A stretch of DNA of 64,000 nt from an uncultured Collinsella sp. (lineage in GTDB: Bacteria; Actinomycetota; Coriobacteriia; Coriobacteriales; Coriobacteriaceae). Location of the stretch: the NCBI GenBank assembly GCA_958420355.1, contig CATZJG010000004.1:69972-133971 (forward strand), in the 5' to 3' direction. Shown here piece after piece: positions 44,460 through 53,505 of the stretch. Under the pieces are notes generated by a model. That model did no database searches, was not told the origin of the DNA, and saw only the letters and a program-made list of their open reading frames with translations. The position numbers and the translations under genes are program-made. The first letter of the stretch is position 1. The number at the start of each line of letters is the position of its first letter.

Positions 44460-44831
44460 ATGGCAACTAAGTCTATTGAAACTGAGGCCACCGAGGTTCG
44501 CGCCGTCGCTAAGTACGTGCGTGTTTCCCCCAGCAAGGCCCGCCTGGTGGTCGATCTGATCCGCCGCAAGCCTGTCGCTCAGGCCTTCGACATCCTCCAC
44601 TTCTGCGACCGCGCTGTCGCCGTGGATGTCGAGAAGGTTCTCCGTTCCGCCGTTGCGAACGCCGAGAACAACAACGGTCTGCGTGCCGACAACCTGGTTG
44701 TCGCCGCTGCCTATGTTGACGAGGGTCCGACGCTTAAGCGCATCCGTCCCCGCGCCAAGGGTTCCGCTTCTCGCATTCTGAAGCGTACTTCCCACATCAC
44801 CGTCGTCGTTGCTCCTCGAAAGGAGGCGTAA
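44460..44831 (+). CDS. rplV: 50S ribosomal protein L22
   Basis: [38 protein letters not shown]. Confidence 0.95.
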   Translation: MATKSIETEATEVRAVAKYVRVSPSKARLVVDLIRRKPVAQAFDILHFCDRAVAVDVEKVLRSAVANAENNNGLRADNLVVAAAYVDEGPTLKRIRPRAKGSASRILKRTSHITVVVAPRKEA

Positions 44832-44837
44832 AGCTGT

Positions 44838-45548
44838 ATGGGTCAGAAAGTCTACCCCACCGGCTTCCGTCTTGGCATCACCGAGAACTGGCGCTCCCGC
44901 TGGTTCGCAGAGAAGGATTACGCTAAGACCCTCGGTAACGATCTCGAGATCCGCAAGTACCTCGAGAAGCGTCTTTCCCGCGCAGCTGTCTCCCGCGTCG
45001 AGATCGAGCGCGCTGGCGACAAGGTGAAGGTCATCATCCTCACTGCTCGCCCCGGCGTTGTCATCGGTAAGAAGGGTGCCGAGATCGATACCCTCCGCAC
45101 CGAGCTTGAGAAGGTCGCTGGCGTCTCCAAGGGCCAGCTCTCCGTCGACGTTGTCGAGATCAAGCGCCCCGAGCTCGACGCCAACCTCGTTGCTCAGTCT
45201 ATCGCCGAGCAGCTCGAGGGCCGCGTTGCCTTCCGTCGCGCTATGCGCAAGGCTGTCCAGTCCGCCCGCAAGGCCGGCGCTAAGGGCATCCGTATCCAGT
45301 GCTCCGGTCGTCTCGGCGGTGCCGAGATGGGTCGTCGTGAGTGGTACCGTGAGGGTCGCGTGCCTCTGCACACCCTCCGCGCCAAGATCGACTACGGCAC
45401 GGCTGTCGCCAGCACCACCATGGGCGCTTGCGGCGTGAAGGTCTGGATCTACCTGGGCGAGAAGCTCCCGGGCCAGCCTGTTCCCAACCCTGCACTCGAG
45501 GGCTCTTCCCGTCCTCGTCGTCGTAACTCCGAGAGGAGGGGTCAGTAG
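44838..45548 (+). CDS. rpsC: 30S ribosomal protein S3
   Basis: [45 protein letters not shown]. Confidence 0.97.
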   Translation: MGQKVYPTGFRLGITENWRSRWFAEKDYAKTLGNDLEIRKYLEKRLSRAAVSRVEIERAGDKVKVIILTARPGVVIGKKGAEIDTLRTELEKVAGVSKGQLSVDVVEIKRPELDANLVAQSIAEQLEGRVAFRRAMRKAVQSARKAGAKGIRIQCSGRLGGAEMGRREWYREGRVPLHTLRAKIDYGTAVASTTMGACGVKVWIYLGEKLPGQPVPNPALEGSSRPRRRNSERRGQ

Positions 45549-46051
45549 TGCTTGCCCCTAAGCGTATTCTTCACCGCAAGGTGCAGCGTGGCTCCATGAA
45601 GGGCCAGGCCAAGGGTAATACCGAGCTGCATTTCGGCGAGTTTGGTATCCAGGCTCTCGAGGCCCATTGGATCACCAACCGTCAGATCGAGGCCGCTCGT
45701 ATTGCCATGACCCGCTACATGAAGCGTGGCGGTCGTGTCTACATCACGATCTTCCCCGATAAGCCCATCACCAAGAAGCCTGCCGAGACTCGCATGGGTT
45801 CTGGTAAGGGTAACCCCGAGGAGTGGGTGGCCGTCGTCAAGCCCGGCCGCATCATGTTCGAGGTCAAGGGTGTTCCCGAGGAGGTCGCTCGCGAGGCTCT
45901 GCGTCTTGCGCAGCACAAGCTCCCCATCAAGACCAAGATTGTTGCTGCCAAGAACGCTGAGCAGCGCATCGAGAAGGAGATGGCTGAGGAGGCCGCTCTC
46001 GAGGCCAAGTGGGCTGCTGAGGACGCCGCCGCCGCCAAGGAGGAGAACTAA
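45548..46051 (+). CDS. rplP: 50S ribosomal protein L16 (with a ~30-aa Ala/Glu-rich C-terminal tail)
   Basis: [42 protein letters not shown] start overlaps the rpsC stop. Confidence 0.95.
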   Translation: MLAPKRILHRKVQRGSMKGQAKGNTELHFGEFGIQALEAHWITNRQIEAARIAMTRYMKRGGRVYITIFPDKPITKKPAETRMGSGKGNPEEWVAVVKPGRIMFEVKGVPEEVAREALRLAQHKLPIKTKIVAAKNAEQRIEKEMAEEAALEAKWAAEDAAAAKEEN

Positions 46052-46266
46052 TGAAGCCCGCAGAGATTCGTGAGCTCTCGGACGCTCAGCTCGTTGAGAA
46101 GCTGAAGGAAATGCGCGCCGAGCTCTTTAACCTTCGTTTCCAGATGGCCACCAGCCAGCTGGACAACACCGCTCGCGTTAACACCGTGAAGAAGGACATC
46201 GCTCGCGTCCTCACGGAGCAGCGCGCCCGCGAGATCGCAGCGGAGAAGTCCGCTGTCGCCGAGTAG
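46051..46266 (+). CDS. rpmC: 50S ribosomal protein L29
   Basis: LREMRAELFNLRFQMATSQLDNTARV, plus position. Confidence 0.93.
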   Translation: MKPAEIRELSDAQLVEKLKEMRAELFNLRFQMATSQLDNTARVNTVKKDIARVLTEQRAREIAAEKSAVAE

Positions 46267-46282
46267 GACCTAAGGAGAGAAC

Positions 46283-46543
46283 ATGACTGATTCGCGTAAC
46301 TCGCGTAAGGTCCGTACGGGTGTCGTTACCTCCGTCTCCGGTGCCAAGACCATTGTTGTCACCATCACCGAGCGCAAGCGTCACCCCAAGTACGGCAAGA
46401 TGATGACCAGCTCCAAGAAGCTGCACGCTCACGACGAGGAGTGCACGGCTGGCGTGGGCGACACCGTCCGCGTTATGGAGACCCGTCCTATGTCCAAGAT
46501 GAAGCGTTGGCGCCTCATCGAGGTCGTCGAGCGCGCTAAATAA
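46283..46543 (+). CDS. rpsQ: 30S ribosomal protein S17
   Basis: RKVRTGVVTSVSGAKTIVV, HPKYGK, RPMSKMKRWRLIEV. Confidence 0.95.
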   Translation: MTDSRNSRKVRTGVVTSVSGAKTIVVTITERKRHPKYGKMMTSSKKLHAHDEECTAGVGDTVRVMETRPMSKMKRWRLIEVVERAK

Positions 46544-46661
46544 GCAGTCGCTCTTACGACTTGTACGTTTCCGAAGATGTGCGTATGCCTGGCTTGCATA
46601 CCACGGGCCGCATAAAGGCTGCGCACCTCTCTTCGGTTCTTAGTTCGGAGGAACATCTACC

Positions 46662-47030
46662 ATGATTCAGATGCAAACCATGCTGAACGTCGCCGACAAC
46701 TCCGGCGCTCGCAAGATTCGCTGCATCAAGGTGCTTGGCGGTTCCAAGCGTCGTTATGCAGGCATCGGCGATGTGTTCATCGGTGCTGTCCAGGAGGCTA
46801 CCCCTGGCGCCAACGTCAAGAAGAAGGACGTTGTCCGTTGCGTCGTCGTTCGCACCGTTAAGGAGATCCGCCGCAAGGATGGCTCCTACATTCGCTTTGA
46901 TGAGAACGCCTGCGTTGTCATCAACAACGATGGTTCGCCCGTCGGCACCCGTATCTTCGGGCCCGTCGCTCGCGAGCTTCGTGATAAGAAGTACATGAAG
47001 ATCGTCTCGCTCGCTCCCGAGACCCTGTAG
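46662..47030 (+). CDS. rplN: 50S ribosomal protein L14
   Basis: [38 protein letters not shown]. Confidence 0.97.
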   Translation: MIQMQTMLNVADNSGARKIRCIKVLGGSKRRYAGIGDVFIGAVQEATPGANVKKKDVVRCVVVRTVKEIRRKDGSYIRFDENACVVINNDGSPVGTRIFGPVARELRDKKYMKIVSLAPETL

Positions 47031-47043
47031 TTAGGGGAGATAT

Positions 47044-47349
47044 ATGTATATCAAGAAGGGCGATAAGGTCCAGGTTCTCTCTGGTAAGGATCGCGGCAAG
47101 CAGGGCGTTATCCTGCGTGCTCTCCCCGCCGAGAACAAGGTCGTTGTCGAGGGCGTTTCGGTCGTCAAGAAGGCCGTCAAGCCCAACGCTGCCAACCAGC
47201 AGGGCGGCATCGTTTCGCAGGAGGCTCCTATCGACGCCTCCAACGTCAATCTCGTCTGCCCCGAGTGCGGTAAGGTTACACGCGTCGGTCACGAGAAGGA
47301 CGGCAAGAACAAGCTGCGCGTCTGCAAGAAGTGCGGCCACAAGTTCTAA
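47044..47349 (+). CDS. rplX: 50S ribosomal protein L24 (variant with four Cys arranged CxxC...CxxC)
   Basis: [19 protein letters not shown] (KOW motif), [17 protein letters not shown]. The C-terminus reads [30 protein letters not shown]. Confidence 0.95.
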   Translation: MYIKKGDKVQVLSGKDRGKQGVILRALPAENKVVVEGVSVVKKAVKPNAANQQGGIVSQEAPIDASNVNLVCPECGKVTRVGHEKDGKNKLRVCKKCGHKF

Positions 47350-47375
47350 GCTGCCTGCAACATCAAGTTGCTAGC

Positions 47376-47411
47376 AAAGGCCCGGATGCCCCACGGCACC
47401 CGGGCCTTTTT
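47376..47411 (+). terminator. Rho-independent terminator after rplX
   Basis: AAAGGCCCGGATGCC pairs with GGCACCCGGGCCTTT, and the run continues as TTTTT. Confidence 0.85.
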
Positions 47412-47420
47412 CTATCCCTA

Positions 47421-47645
47421 CTCATTGGGGGCTCATTGGGGACAGACATAAATGAGTGGCCGTTGATTGGCAGTCATTGGGGACATACTCATTGGGGACA
47501 GACTTAAATGAGTGGTCGTCGCTTGGCATTCATTGGGGACAGGCTTAAATGAGTGCCGTTGAAACGCCGGTAGCTGGGGACGTTCCCTATGTGCCGGCAG
47601 TTAGGGAAGTCCCTATCTGCCGGCAGTTTGGAACAGTCCTTTGAT
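47421..47645. repeat. degenerate tandem array (five CATTGGGG(A) units, then three ~26-nt GGGGACG/TGCCGGCA units)
   Basis: CATTGGGG starts at 47423, 47434, 47475, 47490 and 47531. The 42-44-nt units CTCATTGGGGACAGAC(A/T)TAAATGAGTGG... occur three times. The array ends with CTGGGGACGTTCCCTATGTGCCGGCAG, TTAGGGAAGTCCCTATCTGCCGGCAG and TTTGGAACAGTCC. Confidence 0.7.
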
Positions 47646-47919
47646 GGCTGCGCCCCCCAGAGGGGTGGAGTAATACAGCCTACTCTGTCTTTTATGGCTA
47701 TGGTGTTCCGCCCTTTTATGTTTCATAAGGATCGTCGCATGCGCATTTACGCGCATAGCCTTGCGCGATAATGCGCATGGCCGCGCAAATATCTGCTAAC
47801 TATGGTTAAATAATGACCGATAAACAAATAAACACGCAAATACAAGCAAACGCGCGCGCATTTGTGCGAATATAAGGCTGTTGGAAATGAAGGACTTCCG
47901 ATGACTCAGGAGGCACATA

Positions 47920-48999
47920 ATGGCAGATTCCAAACAGGCTCCGCTCGACGCCGAAGCAGCCGCAAAAGCAGCGTTCACTTCGGTCCAGGACAAGCCATTC
48001 CCCGATGATATCTTTACGGCTCCCGAGCTTCGTTGGGCTGTGATCGGGTGCGGCGTTATCGCCAACCAGATGGCCCAGTCTCTCGCTCTTGCCGGTCGCA
48101 AGCTTGCGGGCGTCGCCAACCGCACGCTGTCCAAGGCTCAGGCTTTTGCTGAGCAATATGGCATCGAGAAGGTCTATGAAACGGTCGAGGACCTCTACGC
48201 CGATCCGAACATTGACGCAGTCTATATCACCACGCCGCACAACACGCATATCACCTACCTGCGAGCCGCTCTGGCAGCTGGTAAGCACGTACTCTGCGAG
48301 AAGGCCATTACCCTTAACTCTGCCGAGCTCGACGAGGCCCGTGCCATCGCCGACGAGCACAACGTGGTCCTTATGGATGCCACCACGGTGCTCCACATGC
48401 CCTTGTATCAGGAGCTGCGCCGCCGCATGGATGCCGGCGACTTTGGACGCATGAACCTCGCCCAGCTCAACTTTGGCAGCTACAAGGAGTACGGCGACCT
48501 GACCAACCGCTTTTACAATCGCAACCTTGCTGGCGGTGCCATGCTCGATATTGGCGTCTATGCCCTGTCCGTCATGCGCCTCTTTATGGCAAGCCAGCCC
48601 GCCGAGGTCGTCTCGCTGGGCAACACCTGCGAGACTGGCGTTGACGTCGCGGGTGGCATCGTATGCCGTAATTCCGAACAGCAGCTGGGCGTCGTGAGCC
48701 TTACGCTCCACTCCAAGCAGCCCAAGCGCTCGGTCATCAGCTTCGACAAGTGCTACATCGAGGTCAATGAATATCCGCGTGCCGATCACGCGACCATCGT
48801 GTGGACTGCGGACGGCCACCGCGAGGAGGTCCACGCCGGCACCGAGGCTTACGCCCTGTGCTATGAGATGGCCGACCTGGAGAAGGCCGTTGCCGGCGAC
48901 GACTCCAAGCGCGAGCTTCTGGGCTATGCTTCTGATGTTATGGAGCTGATGACCAAGCTCCGCGCCGACTGGGGAGTCGTGTACCCCGAGGAGGAGTAA
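47920..48999 (+). CDS. Gfo/Idh/MocA family NAD(P)-dependent oxidoreductase
   Basis: LRWAVIGCGVIANQMA (Rossmann fold), DAVYITTPHNTH, GKHVLCEKA. Confidence 0.9.
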   Translation: MADSKQAPLDAEAAAKAAFTSVQDKPFPDDIFTAPELRWAVIGCGVIANQMAQSLALAGRKLAGVANRTLSKAQAFAEQYGIEKVYETVEDLYADPNIDAVYITTPHNTHITYLRAALAAGKHVLCEKAITLNSAELDEARAIADEHNVVLMDATTVLHMPLYQELRRRMDAGDFGRMNLAQLNFGSYKEYGDLTNRFYNRNLAGGAMLDIGVYALSVMRLFMASQPAEVVSLGNTCETGVDVAGGIVCRNSEQQLGVVSLTLHSKQPKRSVISFDKCYIEVNEYPRADHATIVWTADGHREEVHAGTEAYALCYEMADLEKAVAGDDSKRELLGYASDVMELMTKLRADWGVVYPEEE

Positions 49000-49002
49000 G
49001 CG

Positions 49003-49749
49003 ATGCTTGCGGAAGATAGGCTCAACGCGATTGTGTCGATGGTGCAGCAGGCCGGCTCGGTTACCGTGCCGGAGCTTGCCGAAGCCCTGGGCGTGACGCC
49101 GTCCACCATTCGCCGTGACCTGCAGACGCTCGACCGCGCACACCGTATCGCCAAGGTGCACGGAGGCGCGACGAGTCTGGAACGCGCGCACGTGACGCGC
49201 GACCTGACGATCAGCGAGCGCAGTGATCTCCATAACGATGACAAGGAGCGCATCTGCGCCCGTGCCGCGGCTCTGGTGGAGCCCGATAGCTTTGTGTATA
49301 TCGATTCGGGCTCCACGACCCTCAAGCTCATCGAGCATCTTCCGCGCCTTGAGGGTGTCACCTATGTGACCGATTCCGTGCTCCATGCTCAGCATCTCGC
49401 CCTGCGTGGTATGCGCACCGTGGTGCTAGGCGGCGAGCTCAAGCCCGAGACCGAGGCGCTCGTCGGTCCCGACGCCTTGGCAACCCTGGACCGCTATAAC
49501 TTCAACTGCGGCTTTTGGGGTTCCAATGGCATCGCCGCCGAGCAAGGTCTCACCACACCGGATATCGAGGAAGCGCAAGTCAAGCGTATCTCGATGCGCC
49601 ATACCGCCAAACGCTTCGTAATCTCAGACGCCAGCAAATTCGGCATGGTGGCGCCCGTCAAGTTCGCGGACTTCCGCGACGCAACGATTATTACCGCGGG
49701 CGAGGTGCCAGCCAAGTACCAGTCGATGGACAACGTCATCACGGTCTAG
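49003..49749 (+). CDS. DeoR/GlpR family transcriptional regulator
   Basis: N-terminal HTH (SVTVPELAEALGVTPSTIRRDLQTLD) and a sugar-phosphate-binding C-terminal domain (YIDSGSTT). Confidence 0.9.
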   Translation: MLAEDRLNAIVSMVQQAGSVTVPELAEALGVTPSTIRRDLQTLDRAHRIAKVHGGATSLERAHVTRDLTISERSDLHNDDKERICARAAALVEPDSFVYIDSGSTTLKLIEHLPRLEGVTYVTDSVLHAQHLALRGMRTVVLGGELKPETEALVGPDALATLDRYNFNCGFWGSNGIAAEQGLTTPDIEEAQVKRISMRHTAKRFVISDASKFGMVAPVKFADFRDATIITAGEVPAKYQSMDNVITV

Positions 49750-49840
49750 CGACAGGGCAAGGTCAAAACCATTTAGGTTCCTCAATAGAAAAGCGGCAAC
49801 ACCCTCGATGGGCGATGCCGCTTTTGTTGTCTGCCGTTTT

Positions 49841-50058
49841 GTCTAAATCTGTAACAACTAGACCGTTAAAAGTGGGCTAGGTGTTACAGATTGAGATACT
49901 TCCGAACCTTGCCGTCCCTTTGTCTCGATCTGTAACATCTGGGACCGATTTTGACGAGTAATTGTTACAGATTGAGATTTTCCCTTGAGGGGGATTCGAA
50001 TGTCTCGATCTGTAACGGATAGACCGGAAAATGGGTTCTAACTGTTACAGATCGAGAC
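49841..50058. repeat. three tandem hairpin units (15-bp inverted repeat, 27-nt loop, ~80-bp period)
   Basis: GTCT(A/C)(A/G)ATCTGTAAC at 49841, 49922 and 50002. The partners GTTACAGAT(T/C)GAGA(T/C) are at 49883, 49964 and 50044. The third unit pairs perfectly at 15/15. Confidence 0.75.
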
Positions 50059-50126
50059 GTTTTGGGACCGCGGCTGAGCCATTGCGGCAAAGCCACCACA
50101 AAGGTGCCTGCCCTTTTTGGCAGGTT

Positions 50127-50786
50127 TTAGGGCTCCCAGGGGCAGGGGGCTTCGATGTGGATGTGCTCACCGGTTACGGGATGCGTAAAGGACACGCTGT
50201 GGGCATGGAGCATCAGGCCGCAGGGGCGCGGCGTTCCGTACAGGTCGTCGCCAACCAGGGGATGACGCTCGCTCGCCAGGTGCACACGGATTTGGTGTTT
50301 GCGGCCGGTGAGCAGCTCGACATCGATATACGAGCGTGTGGGCAGGCCACGACGGCTCTTAAGACGCTTGAGCACCTTCACGCGCGTCTGAGACGGCTTG
50401 CCGCTGGCGCCAACGCGCATCTTGCGGCTATCGTGACGGTCGCGGGCGATGGGCTTGTCGATGAGCTTTTCGTCCCAGTCGATCTTGCCCTCGGCGAGCG
50501 CGAGGTAGTGCTTTTCGAAAGCGTGGTCGATGACCATCTGGTCAAAGGCAGGTTGCGTCTGCTTGTCGAGCGAGAACAGCACCACGCCGGTGGTGTCACG
50601 GTCCAGGCGGTTGAGCGGCTGCATGTCGGTCGCGGCAAAGCCGTCGCCCATCGCCAGCAGCAGGTCGCTGGCGTAGTCGGTGAGCGTGCGCTCGCCGGTG
50701 CCGTCGCCGTGGACGATCATGCCGGCGGGCTTGTTGATGGCCATGAGCCAGGCGTCGCAGTAGAGGACTTGAGGTTCTTCGTTCAC
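50127..50786 (-). CDS. RluA-family pseudouridine synthase
   Basis: AINKPAGMIVHG, LNRLDRDTTGVVLF (catalytic Asp motif), GRKHQIRVHL. GTG start 15 nt after the U32 gene stop. Confidence 0.85.
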   Translation of the reverse strand: MNEEPQVLYCDAWLMAINKPAGMIVHGDGTGERTLTDYASDLLLAMGDGFAATDMQPLNRLDRDTTGVVLFSLDKQTQPAFDQMVIDHAFEKHYLALAEGKIDWDEKLIDKPIARDRHDSRKMRVGASGKPSQTRVKVLKRLKSRRGLPTRSYIDVELLTGRKHQIRVHLASERHPLVGDDLYGTPRPCGLMLHAHSVSFTHPVTGEHIHIEAPCPWEP

Positions 50787-50801
50787 GTGTAAGCCTTTCG
50801 G

Positions 50802-53294
50802 TTAGCTGATTCCCACAAACATGCAGCCCGAGGTCGCCCCGCGCAGACGGGCGGCGGGCTTGCGGCCGGCCTGCGCGGCCTCGACGGCACGACGGACGCG
50901 GGCGACGGCACGGCCCACCTCATCCGTCTCGAGCAGCGTTCCGTCCACCATGAGACGACGCACGCCGGCATCGAGCAGCTGAGGAACCTGCGGCGTGAGG
51001 TCGATGGGGTAAGCATCGTACAGGCGAGAGCGGCCGTGGATGTCGGTACGCACCGGCATGACCTTTCCGTCGATATTCTTGAGCGAGAGCTTGCGGACAC
51101 GCAGGCGGCAGTTGGCGCAATCGTGGATGCAGCCGTTGGCAACCTGCAGAATGCAATGCTCGCTTGTCATGACGCGCGGCCGGCCAAAGACGGTGATGCC
51201 CAGAGTCGCGGGCGCGGCGGCGCCGAGCGAGACAATCTCGTCGAGTGTGATCTCGGGCGAGAGCCAAAACGCACCGGCTCCGCGCTCGGCAAGCGCCTCC
51301 ATGCAGGGCGTGTTGTGCACCGGCAGGCAAGAGCGAATCTCGGCCGTGGCGCCAACCTGGGCGGCCAGGGCAAGCTCAGAGATGTTGCCAATAGCGACCG
51401 TGGCGCCGGCAACAACCCACGGGTCGACGCGCTCGTGGTCAACGGCACGGCAGACCTCGTCGAGCACGGGCACGATGCCCTGCTCAAACGCATCGGCGGG
51501 GGAGAGCTCGGCCGCATCGAGCGCGTCGGTGGTCATGTAGATGCGCGTTGCACCCTCCGCTCGCGCTGCCTCGGCGGCCTCGAGCGAGGTGACGGTGGCG
51601 CAGATCTGCGGCTCGTCGCGGTAGTGCTCGGGCATGGGCCGCGTACATTTGTCGAGCACCGGCAGCTCGAGCGTGCGGGCACGCTCGTCATACGGTGCCA
51701 GAATGGCCTCCTCCAGCGCCTTGCAGGCGGCGGCGCGCACCTTGTGCACAGCGGAGAAGCCCATGCCGCAGCCCTTATCGAGCGCCACATCAAAGCTCGC
51801 GGACTCAAAGGGCGAGGACCCCATGCGGCCCACATGCTCTACCAGATCGGACGCCTCGACCGCGCGGGTCTTGGCGGCCTCGACGGTAAAGCCCGTGGCC
51901 GTGGCCGTAAGCGAAGGGGCGTCGCAGCAAGTAAGCGTGACGGCAAACGGTTCGCCCAAACGCGCCACAACGGTTGCATCAACGGCGCGGCGGCGCAGCA
52001 CATCGCGCTTGAGCGCGGCGCCGGCAGCGTCAATGGCGCGCTGGCTTCGAATCACGCGCACGCGGCAGCCCTCGGGCATGCTGCGAGGCACGCGGCACTC
52101 GATGATGTCACCGGCGGCGGCATCATCGGCGGCAATGGTGGTCAGGAACTGGTCAAACTCGTTATCGTGGCGAAGCTCCAGCAGGTCGCCCTTGCCCACG
52201 GGCTCAAACAACTCAATGCGGGCGATGGCGGCGCGCCGACGGCGGTCGTCGGGCTTGAGGCCGCGCACATCGCGGTTGGCCGGGCGGCTGCCCAGCACCG
52301 TGCCCACGATCTGGCCGCGGTTGTTGGAGCGCTCGTAGCTCATCATCTCGTCACCCGAGGTACCGTCTTGGTAGGCGTGCGTAAAGTCGCGGTTAAAGCA
52401 GCGCTTGAGCTGTCGCTGGCGGGCTGCATCCTCATCCTTGGAGGTCGAAACATCGGCCAGCATGTCATCAATCTGATGACGATACACGTCGACGATGGAG
52501 TACACGTAATCGGGGGCCTTCATGCGGCCCTCGAGCTTGAGCGATGCGGCGCCGGCGTCATACAGACGGCGAACAAGCTGCGAAGTGTTGGTGTCGCGCG
52601 GGCATAGCGCACGCTCGCGACCGGCAGGGGAGAGCGAGCGGCCGTTCTCGTCGATCAGCTCGTAGGGCAGGCGGCAGGGCTGGGCGCACATGCCGCGGTT
52701 GGCCGAGCGGCCCGCCATGGCAAAGCTCGAGAGCAGGCACAGGCCCGAGTAACAAAAGCAGATGGCACCGTGGCTAAAGACCTCGAGGTCCACATCGGGT
52801 GCGGCGTCGTGGATGGCGGCGATCTCGTCAATGGAGAGCTCGCGCGACAAGGTCACTCGGTCGGCGCCCTGCTCACGGCACCAAAGGGTTCCGCGGTCGT
52901 CGTGGATGTTTGCTTGGGTTGAGATGTGCGTCTCGATGCCGGGCATGGTGCGCTTGACTTCAAAGAACAGACCCCAGTCCTGGATAATGAAGGCGTCGGC
53001 GCCCAGCGTTGAGCAGCGATAGATGAGTTGCAGCGCATCGTCCATCTCGGACTGCTTGATGACGATGTTGACCGTGACGTAGACGCGCGACCCGGCTAGA
53101 TGTGCGGCGCGGCAGGCTTGCTCAAAGGTCTCGTCGGTAAAGTTGGTGGCCTTGCGGCGGGCGTTGAAGCTGCCCATGCCGCAGTAGATGGCGTCTGCCC
53201 CGGCGGCGAGTGCGGCGGCAAGGGGCTCGGGTCCTCCGGCGGGCGCTAAAAGCTCGGGTCTGCGGTTGGTGGTTCGACTGGCGGTTGCGGTCAT
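50802..53294 (-). CDS. peptidase U32 family protein, long (830 aa) form
   Basis: ELLAPAGGPEPLAAALAAGADAIYCG, TVNIVIKQSEMD, GADAFIIQDWG, and a second U32-like half in the C-terminal part. Confidence 0.9.
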   Translation of the reverse strand: MTATASRTTNRRPELLAPAGGPEPLAAALAAGADAIYCGMGSFNARRKATNFTDETFEQACRAAHLAGSRVYVTVNIVIKQSEMDDALQLIYRCSTLGADAFIIQDWGLFFEVKRTMPGIETHISTQANIHDDRGTLWCREQGADRVTLSRELSIDEIAAIHDAAPDVDLEVFSHGAICFCYSGLCLLSSFAMAGRSANRGMCAQPCRLPYELIDENGRSLSPAGRERALCPRDTNTSQLVRRLYDAGAASLKLEGRMKAPDYVYSIVDVYRHQIDDMLADVSTSKDEDAARQRQLKRCFNRDFTHAYQDGTSGDEMMSYERSNNRGQIVGTVLGSRPANRDVRGLKPDDRRRRAAIARIELFEPVGKGDLLELRHDNEFDQFLTTIAADDAAAGDIIECRVPRSMPEGCRVRVIRSQRAIDAAGAALKRDVLRRRAVDATVVARLGEPFAVTLTCCDAPSLTATATGFTVEAAKTRAVEASDLVEHVGRMGSSPFESASFDVALDKGCGMGFSAVHKVRAAACKALEEAILAPYDERARTLELPVLDKCTRPMPEHYRDEPQICATVTSLEAAEAARAEGATRIYMTTDALDAAELSPADAFEQGIVPVLDEVCRAVDHERVDPWVVAGATVAIGNISELALAAQVGATAEIRSCLPVHNTPCMEALAERGAGAFWLSPEITLDEIVSLGAAAPATLGITVFGRPRVMTSEHCILQVANGCIHDCANCRLRVRKLSLKNIDGKVMPVRTDIHGRSRLYDAYPIDLTPQVPQLLDAGVRRLMVDGTLLETDEVGRAVARVRRAVEAAQAGRKPAARLRGATSGCMFVGIS

Positions 53295-53476
53295 ATCCTG
53301 CCTTTCAAAATGCTCAGATACTCAAAAGTATAGTGGCGTCGCTGCGGTGGGCGACGCCCGCAGCCTAAGCAGGACAAAGTCTTCAGCAGCTTGGACTGGC
53401 TGCTCCACATGAGAACCGTTCAGCGGTTCGGGGAAACCGTTGGGCGATAAAATATTCTCGCAACGTGATAATAATC

Positions 53477-53505
53477 TTGCATCGCGCGGAAACCTTAAGT
53501 ACTAT
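53477..53505 (+). promoter_or_regulatory. candidate sigma-70 promoter for ridA
   Basis: TTGCAT (53477-53482), an exact 17-nt spacer, then TACTAT (53500-53505). Confidence 0.5.

Noticed and set aside
47421-47645. Possible CRISPR array or coding minisatellite
   Set aside because: The units are degenerate and of variable length (14 to 44 nt), with no unique spacers. No ORF with a plausible start or composition spans the region.
47806-49395. 529-aa minus-strand ORF across the oxidoreductase and DeoR genes
   Set aside because: The plus-strand genes have clear Rossmann and HTH motifs. This is an antisense artefact.
49841-50058. Possible CRISPR array
   Set aside because: The 15-bp repeats alternate in orientation (each pair forms a hairpin). 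There are only three units, the repeats are too short, and there is no leader or cas gene.
50031-50792. 253-aa plus-strand ORF overlapping the rluA-like gene
   Set aside because: The minus-strand frame carries the RluA catalytic motif LNRLDRDTTG. The plus ORF has no motifs and a biased composition.
53335-53362. Interleaved complementary segments (GGCGTCG / CTGCGG / CGACGCC / CCGCAG) in the U32 peptidase leader that could form a pseudoknot
   Set aside because: The stems are only 6-7 bp with zero-length connecting loops, which is sterically implausible as a pseudoknot. Two alternative small hairpins are equally likely, and I have no supporting conservation.
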